NCBI GenBank assembly: GCA_900556295.1
Contig: USOK01000001.1
Span: forward strand, 1 to 42,080
Reading direction: 5' to 3'
DNA length: 42,080 bases
Source of the DNA: an uncultured bacterium
GTDB taxonomy: Bacteria; Cyanobacteriota; Vampirovibrionia; Gastranaerophilales; Gastranaerophilaceae
Position 1 is the first letter of the stretch, and every line of letters starts with the position of its first letter. Below, in pieces: positions 9,029 to 18,227 of this stretch. Both the position numbers and the translations under genes were made by a program. Below the pieces are notes generated by a model, which worked only from the letters and a program-made list of their open reading frames with translations, was not told where the DNA came from and searched no databases.

Positions 9029-9057
9029 AATGACCTCCTTTAATTAAGTACAGTCAT

Positions 9058-9122
9058 ATTCATCACTCGACTATTGCTGATTTTAAAGTCTATTTCGATT
9101 ATTTCGTATCATTCAGACACAA
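9058..9122 (-). promoter_or_regulatory. Three-box intergenic element copy R1
   Basis: TGTGTCTGAATGATAC-N16-ACTTTAA-N14-GAGTGATGAAT. Confidence 0.75.
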
Positions 9123-9719
9123 TTACCAACCTTTTCCGTCAAGTCCACGTTTTTGCATTTCTGCACTTGCTTTATTGAAGTTTTTATTATGCTGATCATA
9201 TATTTTCTGATATTTTGCTTTTGTTTTAGGATTGGAGGTTTTTTCGATTTTTTGCCGAGCCTTACTGCTCTCTTTATATGATTTATTGTAAAAAGAGTTT
9301 AACTGTCCGTTAGTCATACTTTTCATATCGTTTGAGTTGTATTTTGCTCTGATATTGTATTTTTCATTGACTGCCAACAGATATGCCTGTGAACGAATAT
9401 TTGATTTTGAACGAGCATCATTTAATACTGACATTTGTTTATCAATCGCATCCCATTTTTTATTTACTTCAGGATGATTTGCAGGTAATGCTTTAAATTC
9501 TTCCATCATTTTTGAAAGTTTTTCCTGTTCGTACAAAACTTTTGCTTGTTCCTTTTTCATCAAATTTTGTGCATTAACGTATGCACGATTTAATTCCAAA
9601 TCGTTCATTTGTGAGTATTTTTCTTTATAATAATCATTTACACTCACTAATCTTGGTGGTGTAGAAGATGCACCACCTCCACCACTACTTTTACCGCCAC
9701 CTGAACCACGACCTCCCAT
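9123..9719 (-). CDS. Basic helical protein with MGGRGSGGG leader
   Basis: ORF with AAGGAG RBS; Gly-rich leader shared with its neighbour. Confidence 0.8.
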   Translation of the reverse strand: MGGRGSGGGKSSGGGGASSTPPRLVSVNDYYKEKYSQMNDLELNRAYVNAQNLMKKEQAKVLYEQEKLSKMMEEFKALPANHPEVNKKWDAIDKQMSVLNDARSKSNIRSQAYLLAVNEKYNIRAKYNSNDMKSMTNGQLNSFYNKSYKESSKARQKIEKTSNPKTKAKYQKIYDQHNKNFNKASAEMQKRGLDGKGW

Positions 9720-9722
9720 AAA

Positions 9723-10376
9723 TTAGTCTCCTTTCATTTTTGGAATATCAATATCAATCCAATTCTTTTCGCTTGTACTCCAAGTGATTTTACGACCTGA
9801 TTGTTTTGACATTTTCTTTATTACTTTATCAATCTGTTTGCCACTTAAAGAACGAAGTTCCTGCCAATCGTAATCTTCCTCATAGCGTGCATGTGATGGA
9901 TTTTTCCACTTCCCTAAATATCTGATTTGAACGCTGACGGAATTTCCGTAATCTTCAACTCTGAAGTCAGAATTTGAAATATATCCGTCTGATTCAACTC
10001 CTCGCCTCAAATTATATTTAAGGTCTGAAACTGTGCTATCCATAGACATTTTAGCTTTTGTTCTTCTTGGGTCTTTTTCTTTCTTTTCGGGTTTTATTCC
10101 GTTCTTCTTGTTTTCTGCACGTTTTGCACGAGCTTTAGCAAGTGCATCAAGCCGTTTTTGTTTAAGGTCTGATGCTTTTTTAGCATCTAATTCTTTTATT
10201 CTTTCTTGAATATCGTGCATAGCTTTGACTCGTTGCTCTACAGAGAGATTAGAATTCCCCGATATGCTATTGTATAAATTTATAAGTTCATTTTTGTCTG
10301 TGATACCTTCACCTGTTGGCACTTTTTTAGCAGTACCGCCACCGCCTCTGCCACCACCTGAACCACGACCACCCAT
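9723..10376 (-). CDS. Basic protein with MGGRGSGGG leader
   Basis: Start overlaps the DUF4417 stop (TAATG). Confidence 0.8.
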   Translation of the reverse strand: MGGRGSGGGRGGGGTAKKVPTGEGITDKNELINLYNSISGNSNLSVEQRVKAMHDIQERIKELDAKKASDLKQKRLDALAKARAKRAENKKNGIKPEKKEKDPRRTKAKMSMDSTVSDLKYNLRRGVESDGYISNSDFRVEDYGNSVSVQIRYLGKWKNPSHARYEEDYDWQELRSLSGKQIDKVIKKMSKQSGRKITWSTSEKNWIDIDIPKMKGD

Positions 10377-10996
10377 TATGACCTCGCTTTCTTAAATTTA
10401 TTCATGTACGGTTCGAACCAACGGAGGTTTTTATATCCGTCAAGTTCGCTCAACTTGTTTCCATAAATCAAAATTTCTTTTGGTTCAAGTTGTTTTAACA
10501 TTTCTTTAAAGCCTTGCATAAAGAGGGTTATAGCATTTTTGTCATTCAAAACACCAACCGTTCCAATTGCAACAACTGAATGTTTTGGAATTCCTAAAAA
10601 GGCATATTTGTAGCTTGATTCATCGGACCAACTGACTGTCGGAATAACTTTTATTCCGTTTTCTTGCCAATATCTCGCACACCATCTGTTTCTATAAACT
10701 TGCCAAATTTGGAAAGCTTCGGGGTAATTCGTGTACATCGAAAAATCAGGAGATAATACTCCATCGTATTGTTTTAGAACTGCAAGCTGTGAGTCTGCGT
10801 TTTTCCAACATCTCTCAAAACGATAATCATCTAAAAAGAAGTGTGCCGTTCCGTTCCTGTTTTTATCAACCCTGTAGGGGATGAGTTCCTTTATGGGAAA
10901 CTCATCCGGCTTTAAATCAGGGATACCATAGGGATTAGAGGAGGAGAAAAAACCTTTTTCAACATTTTGCACATTCAGCATATCTTTCCAATACAT
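10376..10996 (-). CDS. DUF4417 family protein
   Basis: HFFLDDYRFERCW, LSPDFSMY, YRNRW, VIPTVSWS, ILIYG motifs. Confidence 0.88.
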   Translation of the reverse strand: MYWKDMLNVQNVEKGFFSSSNPYGIPDLKPDEFPIKELIPYRVDKNRNGTAHFFLDDYRFERCWKNADSQLAVLKQYDGVLSPDFSMYTNYPEAFQIWQVYRNRWCARYWQENGIKVIPTVSWSDESSYKYAFLGIPKHSVVAIGTVGVLNDKNAITLFMQGFKEMLKQLEPKEILIYGNKLSELDGYKNLRWFEPYMNKFKKARS

Positions 10997-11005
10997 ATAA
11001 ACTCC

Positions 11006-11296
11006 TTATGCTCTTAATGTCTTAACTGTTTCTAGCAAATAATTTGCAAATGATTCAATCGCATTAACGCCTTGATTAAAACAATAATCGTCAAGTTCGT
11101 TCGGAGAGTTTTGGATTTTTCCTTTTAATTTGAACAAGCTATCAATCGCAGGCTGTGTGTATTTTGCAAGATTTTCGTAGAGTTTTGTAATCGTTGTCGG
11201 AACTTTCTTTTTAATCAGTTTTAGAATAAATGGTTGAATTATAGCCCAAATAGTGCTGAAGTCTTTCCAATTTTTGATAAATGATAAAATACTCAT
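11006..11296 (-). CDS. Hypothetical protein, possibly lysis-associated
   Basis: GAAAGGA RBS; amphipathic N-terminus; downstream of the amidase. Confidence 0.65.
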   Translation of the reverse strand: MSILSFIKNWKDFSTIWAIIQPFILKLIKKKVPTTITKLYENLAKYTQPAIDSLFKLKGKIQNSPNELDDYCFNQGVNAIESFANYLLETVKTLRA

Positions 11297-11331
11297 ATTA
11301 TTTTCCTTTCTTTTTGTAGTATGTTGAATAT

Positions 11332-11691
11332 ATGAATGAACAAGAATTAATAAAAAAGTGTTTAATTAATGAAGATGCTGTTGAAACGTATCCTTTTAAA
11401 AAAGATATGAGATATGGCAAAATTCCTATTTTACGACACAAGTCAAATAATAAATGGTTTGGGGTAATTTTTTATTTGAATGAAACTTTATATATCAATC
11501 TCAAAGCCGAACCTGAGACAATTTCCATACTTAAAGACCAATATCCGGAATCTGTTACATCAGCTTGGCATATGAATAAATCTCATTGGTGTAAGGTAGA
11601 TGTTAATATGATTGATGAAGAAGTATTGGATTCTATTATTAAACGAAGTTTTGAGATTACAGCATCTAAAAAACGCTCTAAAAAAGTTTAA
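11332..11691 (+). CDS. MmcQ/YjbR family protein (antisense moron)
   Basis: ETYPF, KWFG, INLKAEPE, AWHMNKSHW, IKRSFEIT. Confidence 0.88.
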   Translation: MNEQELIKKCLINEDAVETYPFKKDMRYGKIPILRHKSNNKWFGVIFYLNETLYINLKAEPETISILKDQYPESVTSAWHMNKSHWCKVDVNMIDEEVLDSIIKRSFEITASKKRSKKV

Positions 11692-12201
11692 TTATTTTCC
11701 TTTCTTTTGTTGAATTTGATACCATTGGATTTTGTTCCTTAAATAATCGCCAATTCTCTCTTTTTGTAGATTTGGTAAATACGGAAGATATGTGAAATCA
11801 ATTTTCCCATAACTTGAAGTTTTAGGATGGGATTGACCGAATTCATAATGTGTAAAAACAGTTTTTTCTGAAACTGTAATTCCATATAAACTGCATAACT
11901 TTGCTACTTTGGAACACATCGCCTCCACTTGTTTTTGAGTTAGAGGATATTTTGTTTTTTTATCTTTTAAATTAAAGCCATACATCCCACAACAAGAAAC
12001 TCCGATGCATCCTGTGTTCCCACCACCGCAATGTGCTGCATATTTTCCGTCATAACAGTTAATATTATCTTGTGGGGTATAAGTGCCTTTGTATTCTTTG
12101 CCGTCTTTATCAAATAAAAAGTGATAGCAATTTAAGTTCTGTTCGCAGGGCTTATCTGCTCCTGCTGTCCAATGCAGACAGATTTTAGTTAGTGATGTCA
12201 T
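11692..12201 (-). CDS. N-acetylmuramoyl-L-alanine amidase (endolysin)
   Basis: ICLHWTAG, YHFL, AAHCGGGNTGCIGVS, VFTHYE, KID. Confidence 0.85.
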   Translation of the reverse strand: MTSLTKICLHWTAGADKPCEQNLNCYHFLFDKDGKEYKGTYTPQDNINCYDGKYAAHCGGGNTGCIGVSCCGMYGFNLKDKKTKYPLTQKQVEAMCSKVAKLCSLYGITVSEKTVFTHYEFGQSHPKTSSYGKIDFTYLPYLPNLQKERIGDYLRNKIQWYQIQQKKGK

Positions 12202-12499
12202 TTAAAAATTTCCTCCTATTTTGTCGTTCTTTGATTAAATTTAAATATTCATCTTCGGTTAAAGACGTTTCTATCCCTAAATCCTGCTGCTCTTTATGTC
12301 GTATAATTTTCCAGTCAGTTTCGTTCAAAAACTGTTCAGCCTCTGTTTTATCTATTTCACTAAATAATAAGTCCGCATTTAAAACCCATTCTCCGTTAAT
12401 AAACTCAGCTTTTTCATGAGGTTTGGCAGGGACTTCTATGTCATCAAATAATTTTTTTGTTGTTTCCAAATATTGACCATTTCTAATCACGCAGTACAT
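12185..12499 (-). CDS. Putative tail fibre assembly/chaperone protein
   Basis: FINGEWVL, FLNETDWKIIRH, ERQNRR; follows the fibre gene. Confidence 0.65.
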   Translation of the reverse strand: MYCVIRNGQYLETTKKLFDDIEVPAKPHEKAEFINGEWVLNADLLFSEIDKTEAEQFLNETDWKIIRHKEQQDLGIETSLTEDEYLNLIKERQNRRKFLNDITN

Positions 12500-14664
12500 T
12501 AAAAACTCCTTTCCAACTGAAGTACAAGAGATACGCTACCGGTTAAGGCTCTTGTTACGTTGTTATTGTCTTTGTAATTCATCAATGTAGCAGGAGTCCG
12601 AACATTAAATTGACATTCATCTATGTGATAACCGTAATTATTGAGTTCAATATTGGCATCAATATTAGAATCAATGTTCCAAGGCAGCACAAACCCGTTA
12701 ATTTTGTCTTTTATCCAACCTGAAACTTTTAAATTCTTGTAATCGACTCCGATATTGTGAAAAAATGAGTACAAAGTGCTTGGCTTTAAGCTGATTTCTT
12801 CGCTTGTGTATTGATTTTCCGTTGCATAACTTTGCACTTCGGATACAAAATTGTTTTGAGTTTTTATTCTTCCGACATAGATAAGTTCTTTTTCTTCGTA
12901 TTTTTCTTCTTCTATGTTGTATGAATAAAACTTGTTTTCGGGAATGACAAAACAATCGGCAAGTTCATGGATTTCAAACTCTGCAACTTGTGCTCTTGTT
13001 GCCATATTCTGAATTTCAGTAATTTCGAGCTTAAATTTACAACAAGACTCTATAACATCGGCATCAAAATGACGGACTTCATTTGCAACCCAATTGAGTT
13101 CTTCGGTAATTTCTTTTAAAACAATCCATTCTTCGCCGTTAAAACCTTTTATATATCCGTTTCGAATACTTCCGCCGGCATCATCATGCGAAGCTATTAT
13201 TGTAAATCGTGCTGCTTTTCGGTAATTCGGGAAATCTATTTGAATCCATTGATTACCGCCAACAATATTTGCAACCCACTTGTTATTCCATACTCCGTTA
13301 AATGCCAAGAAAGCAGGAAAATTTGCACCCGTTGGAACATAGTGACTACTTTCCGTTACGACATAACCATACTTATACTCATTACTTGTTGTATAAGAAA
13401 TCATTGTCGGAATAGAGTTTTTATTTGCGTGTCTTTGCAAATGATTTGAATAAACAGGGCAGGCTGTAGTTACAAACGGCTCAAAACCACCATTGCTATT
13501 TTTTGCATACCCCAAATACATTTGAGCATTATTGTATAAATTTTCTATTGTGTAAGGTTGTGAAATAATAGATAATTGGTTAATTTTACCAATGGTGGAC
13601 TTCCCGATACCCGTATTAATCAATAGCGGATTATTTATATTCAAATCAACTTTTGCAATCATCGGCATAAAATCGTTAAGGGTTTCAAAAAACTGCAAAG
13701 CACCAAAACCTGAAAAAGTACCTGTGCCGGAGTTTTTAGTAATTGTAAGTCTGTAGTATTTGAAATGGTCGAAATAAGTTAATGCAAAATATCTTCTTTC
13801 ATTTTGTAACCAGTTCAAATTATCCGTATAATCTCCGAGTAATGTCCAGTTTATATCATCATTACTGCCTTCAACAATAAAATCGCAAGGAGAATGAGTG
13901 TTTGCATCGGCACTATTACGTGCATTAATTGAGAATGCCGTAATTTTTGGATAATTATTCTTAAACTCTACTTTTATCCATCCTGTTGTGACACCGTTGA
14001 TTGTTAACCATCCGTAAGCATCGTTTGTGTGATGTCTGAATGCTTTCCATGGCATATAATTTGTTGCATCGTGTTGTGAGCTTGAAGATATAACACAATT
14101 TTCATCTTCAAAACTCGTCATAATCGGCATAATGTCATCAGAGAATTGTACTTTTTGTAAAAAATCTGCTTTTCCGTCATTATCTCTCGGTGCATCAATT
14201 ATGGTTTGAGTAGGCAAAGTGTTTGTCTTTTCTTCACGAGAAGTAAAATAATTGACTTCTTTTACAATTCCGTTTTCAAATTGATATATTCCAATATCCC
14301 CGACTTTGGTTATTCTATCGACATTGTTTTGTAACCGAAGTTTTGTGCTGTTGATTAACAGTCTTGAATCCGTAAACTCAATGAATACAAATCCGTCAGT
14401 TACTCCATTGAATTCAGAAATAGAGGATACACCTGAAACTTTAAAATTGTATGTTTCCGTATTCAAAATCAGGATATCGCTCTCGCAGTCAATCTCACAA
14501 AGTGGGGTTGATTTATGTGCAGTTAACTCCGTTTGCAATTTATTTAAAAAATCTTCCTGTTCATTATTTGAAACTCTTAATTTTTCAAAATTGCTGTTAA
14601 CGTCATCTGCGACAGCTTTTGTCTTTGCTTTAAACTTTATTAATTCTTCAATTTTTGACATCAT
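12499..14664 (-). CDS. Tail fibre / receptor-binding protein with two discoidin (F5/8C)-like domains
   Basis: Two repeats (PWKAF...WIKVEF...FIVEGSND..NWTLL; AFLAF...WIQIDF...KGFNGEEW). Confidence 0.75.
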   Translation of the reverse strand: MMSKIEELIKFKAKTKAVADDVNSNFEKLRVSNNEQEDFLNKLQTELTAHKSTPLCEIDCESDILILNTETYNFKVSGVSSISEFNGVTDGFVFIEFTDSRLLINSTKLRLQNNVDRITKVGDIGIYQFENGIVKEVNYFTSREEKTNTLPTQTIIDAPRDNDGKADFLQKVQFSDDIMPIMTSFEDENCVISSSSQHDATNYMPWKAFRHHTNDAYGWLTINGVTTGWIKVEFKNNYPKITAFSINARNSADANTHSPCDFIVEGSNDDINWTLLGDYTDNLNWLQNERRYFALTYFDHFKYYRLTITKNSGTGTFSGFGALQFFETLNDFMPMIAKVDLNINNPLLINTGIGKSTIGKINQLSIISQPYTIENLYNNAQMYLGYAKNSNGGFEPFVTTACPVYSNHLQRHANKNSIPTMISYTTSNEYKYGYVVTESSHYVPTGANFPAFLAFNGVWNNKWVANIVGGNQWIQIDFPNYRKAARFTIIASHDDAGGSIRNGYIKGFNGEEWIVLKEITEELNWVANEVRHFDADVIESCCKFKLEITEIQNMATRAQVAEFEIHELADCFVIPENKFYSYNIEEEKYEEKELIYVGRIKTQNNFVSEVQSYATENQYTSEEISLKPSTLYSFFHNIGVDYKNLKVSGWIKDKINGFVLPWNIDSNIDANIELNNYGYHIDECQFNVRTPATLMNYKDNNNVTRALTGSVSLVLQLERSF

Positions 14665-14669
14665 AACTC

Positions 14670-15692
14670 CTAGTTTTTATATTTTTTCGGTCTGTCTTTT
14701 CGCCAAATTGCTATCCAATTAACTTGTGGATTTGCCCTCTGCTCTGTGTTATAGCAGGTTATAACTATACGAGTTGCTTCTTTTCCCCAGTAACAATAAG
14801 AAGAGTCATCCCCGTTTACATCTCCCGAATAATGAAATGTTCTCATTGATGGCAAAAAAGCAAGCAAATCCTCCATCGTATAAGTATCCGGAGGATAAAC
14901 ATACGTGGTTGTTCCGACATTGTATCCGCTTAAAATTTGCATATTATCGAAAGTATGAATTGTTTCGTTGGTTATAATTTCCGAAATATTGTGATTGTGT
15001 TCTTTTTTAGCATATGGAATTAAGTTATCTTCAGGCACAAGACCGTTTTCATCCAAAACAAGAACGTTATTTTTATCGTTTCCTGCATGAAAACCATCTA
15101 ATAAATCGGCATTAAGGTTTTCATTTTTTATTCCGTTTGAAACAGGAATTTGGTTTTCTTCATTCCCTGCGTGGTAGCCGTCTGTTTTATCCGCATCAAT
15201 TAATCTGTAATGAGCATTTACGTCTTTGTTGTGGTTGTTTTCCAAATAATCAAAAGAAACTATGCTTACATTAGAATCAATAATTAACTGTCTGTCTTCT
15301 AAATTTTCAACTTCCAACACAACTTTTATGTAAAAATCTCTGGTTGAACCTTCTTCTTCAATCGGTTTGTAGCTTTCAGGAAGTCTGCCTATGGCAAATA
15401 AGTTTTTATTGGAGTCAAATATTCCGACCTCTCTGATATAATAACCTCCGCTATCAGATGGAATTGCACACTCTACGATTAATCGGTTTTCATAATCAGT
15501 ATCAACGTATATTTTAGAAATATTCCCTCGATATGTTTCATTGATTAAAGATGTTTGAGTAATATCGGGATCATAATATCCGTCACCGCCATCACCTACG
15601 GCAAATGTCGTTAAATGTAACGGTGTGCTCATTGCATAAGACCGAGTGATACTTCCTTTTCCGCTATTTGTAAGTAATGTATAAAAATCCAT
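14670..15692 (-). CDS. Tail fibre protein with P2 gpH-like (DUF3751) N-terminus
   Basis: FYTLLTNSG, FAVGDG, GGYYIREVGIFD, PESYKP; AD..DG.HAGN repeats; ATG 15692 after AAGGAG. Confidence 0.85.
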   Translation of the reverse strand: MDFYTLLTNSGKGSITRSYAMSTPLHLTTFAVGDGGDGYYDPDITQTSLINETYRGNISKIYVDTDYENRLIVECAIPSDSGGYYIREVGIFDSNKNLFAIGRLPESYKPIEEEGSTRDFYIKVVLEVENLEDRQLIIDSNVSIVSFDYLENNHNKDVNAHYRLIDADKTDGYHAGNEENQIPVSNGIKNENLNADLLDGFHAGNDKNNVLVLDENGLVPEDNLIPYAKKEHNHNISEIITNETIHTFDNMQILSGYNVGTTTYVYPPDTYTMEDLLAFLPSMRTFHYSGDVNGDDSSYCYWGKEATRIVITCYNTEQRANPQVNWIAIWRKDRPKKYKN

Positions 15693-15703
15693 ATTGCTCC
15701 TTT

Positions 15704-16372
15704 TTATCCAAACGCCCAAACGCAATCATCAAATTCTGATTCATCCCACAGGGCAAGTGGTAATTTTCTTGTTTCATCTTCAGATTTAATCCAATATTCT
15801 TCATCCCAATTGCTTTCATCCCAAACAAGTGTTTTTTGAAACGGATAAATTGTTGTGCATTCTCCTGAAAGACTTGTCATTTTGTGTTTGTAATTTCCGA
15901 CATTAGCAGGCATCCCAATATTTAATTTTGCAAGATGAGAACGAACATTTTTATACTCGTTGATTAAATCTTCTAATTTTTCAATAAGTTCAAAATCCAG
16001 ACCTTTAGTGACAAAATCAATATCTACCATAAATGTAAACGGTTCGCCACCCGTTTCAAACCATTCCTTAATCTTGCCTTCAAGTCCGAACATATCAAAT
16101 ATTTTTTGTAAGGCATATTTTGTACCTTTATACCTATGAACCTCAATAGAGCGTTTTATCAAATCTCTTTTTTCGTCATCATTTCTGCATTGTAACCACC
16201 CTTCATTGCCTGTTATATGGTACTGTTCTGCTAAATGCGGCAACGCATCCGATGGTAAATTGTCAATGATAGTAACTAACAAAACATCAAGGTCTAATTT
16301 TGAAAATCGTTCTTCGCAGATTTCATCAAATATTTTTAAATTAATATCGTTTATAGGGGCTAAATCACTCAT
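15704..16372 (-). CDS. Tail protein I (P2 gpI-like)
   Basis: LPHLAEQY, HRYKGTKYAL, IKEWFE.GGEPFTF, YKNVRSHL. Confidence 0.88.
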   Translation of the reverse strand: MSDLAPINDINLKIFDEICEERFSKLDLDVLLVTIIDNLPSDALPHLAEQYHITGNEGWLQCRNDDEKRDLIKRSIEVHRYKGTKYALQKIFDMFGLEGKIKEWFETGGEPFTFMVDIDFVTKGLDFELIEKLEDLINEYKNVRSHLAKLNIGMPANVGNYKHKMTSLSGECTTIYPFQKTLVWDESNWDEEYWIKSEDETRKLPLALWDESEFDDCVWAFG

Positions 16373-17474
16373 CAGCATAACCTCCTATTTTGACATCGTA
16401 ATCAACCAAATTCGCCCATTGGTATTTTTCAATATCTATGTTTTCAGGTGTTAGAGAAAGAACATCATACACTCCGTAAATGCTGCTTAAAACATTTTTA
16501 ATTTGTGTTTTAACCACATTTTTGCCTAATTTTTGAGCTAATGTTTTCTTGTATTCTTGCAGTTTGGATTCAAGAGTTGTTTGAACACTTGTAATATCTG
16601 CATCCTGATAAAGTAAAATCTCTGCTTTAATAGAGAAATCTATTTTTTCAGGAGATAAAACCTGTACATAGTCGGTTAATGGTCTAATACCGTCTTTTTC
16701 ATAGTATTTGCGAACAATTTCCAAAACTTCTTCGGTTGGGTTTCCGTTTTCAGTCAAAGGATAAATATTAACCACTCCGGGAGATGGAGATAATATTTCA
16801 ACATCAGTTATTGATTGATGTGCAGATAATGTATGGTAGCGATATGCTCCACGACTTCCTGCGTTTGAAAACTTTTCGGGAGCTTGTCTGATTCTTTCTC
16901 TTAAATTATCAGCTTCTTCATCATCTGCTCCACCTGAAGATATTGTGGTATTCTCAACTGATGAAATATAGCTTAACGGTGTTACAAGATTATTAATTGA
17001 GCCGATTATATAATTATTCCCGACAACTCCTGATGTTTCGCAAACAGCCTCAACTGTTACAGAAGTCTCTCCTGTTTTTAATATCACATTTTCTTTTGTT
17101 TGAAATATGCACAGTCCGTCTTTTGTTTCAACTTCACAACATTCGGGTATTTCAAAATCAAAATCCAACGGTTCATCAACAGAGAATTTGAGAGTTGTAA
17201 CAGCACAATTCGCAAGAAGTTTTCTTACACCTAAAGGCTCTCCAATATGTTCAAGAATATCTAATGGTGCATAACTCAATAGGTTTTGTTTTGCAGTTTC
17301 TTGAATTTGCATCCTTAAAATTGATTCTCTATACGCACCCAAGTCAATCATCAATCTTTCAATTTGAGCCGGTTGCAGAACTTTGCCTGATTTTTGCTCA
17401 TAAAGTTCCACCCATTCTTTTGTAATGGTTTCGGGGTTTCTTTCTATAAAATTGGGTTCTGGTAAATTTGTCAT
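16365..17474 (-). CDS. Baseplate J/gp47 family protein
   Basis: GGADDE..DNLRERI...FSNAGSRGAY, IRPLTDYV. Confidence 0.92.
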   Translation of the reverse strand: MTNLPEPNFIERNPETITKEWVELYEQKSGKVLQPAQIERLMIDLGAYRESILRMQIQETAKQNLLSYAPLDILEHIGEPLGVRKLLANCAVTTLKFSVDEPLDFDFEIPECCEVETKDGLCIFQTKENVILKTGETSVTVEAVCETSGVVGNNYIIGSINNLVTPLSYISSVENTTISSGGADDEEADNLRERIRQAPEKFSNAGSRGAYRYHTLSAHQSITDVEILSPSPGVVNIYPLTENGNPTEEVLEIVRKYYEKDGIRPLTDYVQVLSPEKIDFSIKAEILLYQDADITSVQTTLESKLQEYKKTLAQKLGKNVVKTQIKNVLSSIYGVYDVLSLTPENIDIEKYQWANLVDYDVKIGGYADE

Positions 17475-17830
17475 AGTGTAACGCTTGTATTTCCTTGTGT
17501 TTTACTACCGTTCAAAGTCCATTCAATTTTGATAATAATTTGTGTCTCATTAATTTCGACCGATACAGAGTCGACAATAATTCTTGTTTCCCATAAAGCC
17601 AACGCATCAATGGTTTCTCTTGTTATATTAGGTATTGCCTCATTTACAGGGTAATCAACATATTTGTATATCTCCGAGCCAAATGTCGGTCTTAACGGAA
17701 CAGAGCCTTTTCGTGTCGTAAGGATTATCGCTATACATTGGTTAATGTCATCAACTCCTTCTGCGACAGAGCCAATTTTGTTGAGTTTATATTGCCAATC
17801 TATATATGTAATTTCGTTTAAATTTGTCAT
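17471..17830 (-). CDS. Baseplate wedge gpW/gp25 family
   Basis: INQCIAIILTTRKGSVPLRPTFGS, WETRI. Confidence 0.9.
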   Translation of the reverse strand: MTNLNEITYIDWQYKLNKIGSVAEGVDDINQCIAIILTTRKGSVPLRPTFGSEIYKYVDYPVNEAIPNITRETIDALALWETRIIVDSVSVEINETQIIIKIEWTLNGSKTQGNTSVTL

Positions 17831-17886
17831 GATTGTATTTATTTAAGTTTTTGATTTAATATGTTAATTCCAAAGGAGGAAAGCCT

Positions 17887-18222
17887 ATGTCAACCGAACA
17901 AGAAGCCATAAATGTTATGCTGAATATTTTTAGAAGTGTTGCTGAATTTAAAAATATTAGACTTGAAAAGGATTTAAATTCATTTAACGATGTTCCTATT
18001 ACTGTTGTTGATGCCCTGAGAGATTTGGCTAAAAGTGCCACTGAAGATATCAGTATGGGGCATTTTAACGGATTGGGGTTAAGAACAATTGAAGATTTAA
18101 CTCACGATTATTCTTTGGAATATTTACAAGATTTATTTGTCAGATGTGCAAAAGCTGATTTAAAACACGATTATTTTACCTATTTAGCAGGGTTGTATAT
18201 TATTAAAAAGTATATTGATTAA
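17887..18222 (+). CDS. Hypothetical protein (antisense moron in the baseplate cluster)
   Basis: AAGGAGG RBS; fills the gap between V and W on the opposite strand. Confidence 0.75.
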   Translation: MSTEQEAINVMLNIFRSVAEFKNIRLEKDLNSFNDVPITVVDALRDLAKSATEDISMGHFNGLGLRTIEDLTHDYSLEYLQDLFVRCAKADLKHDYFTYLAGLYIIKKYID

Positions 18223-18227
18223 TAAGG

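Noticed and set aside
7102..9122. Intergenic repeats as a CRISPR array or true integron attC sites
   Set aside because: Copies are separated by whole genes, there are no cas genes, and no GTTRRRY/RYYYAAC boxes or integron integrase were recognised.
12185..15692. Diversity-generating retroelement or invertible tail fibre segment
   Set aside because: No reverse transcriptase, no TR/VR pair, no serine invertase and no oppositely oriented fibre copy seen.
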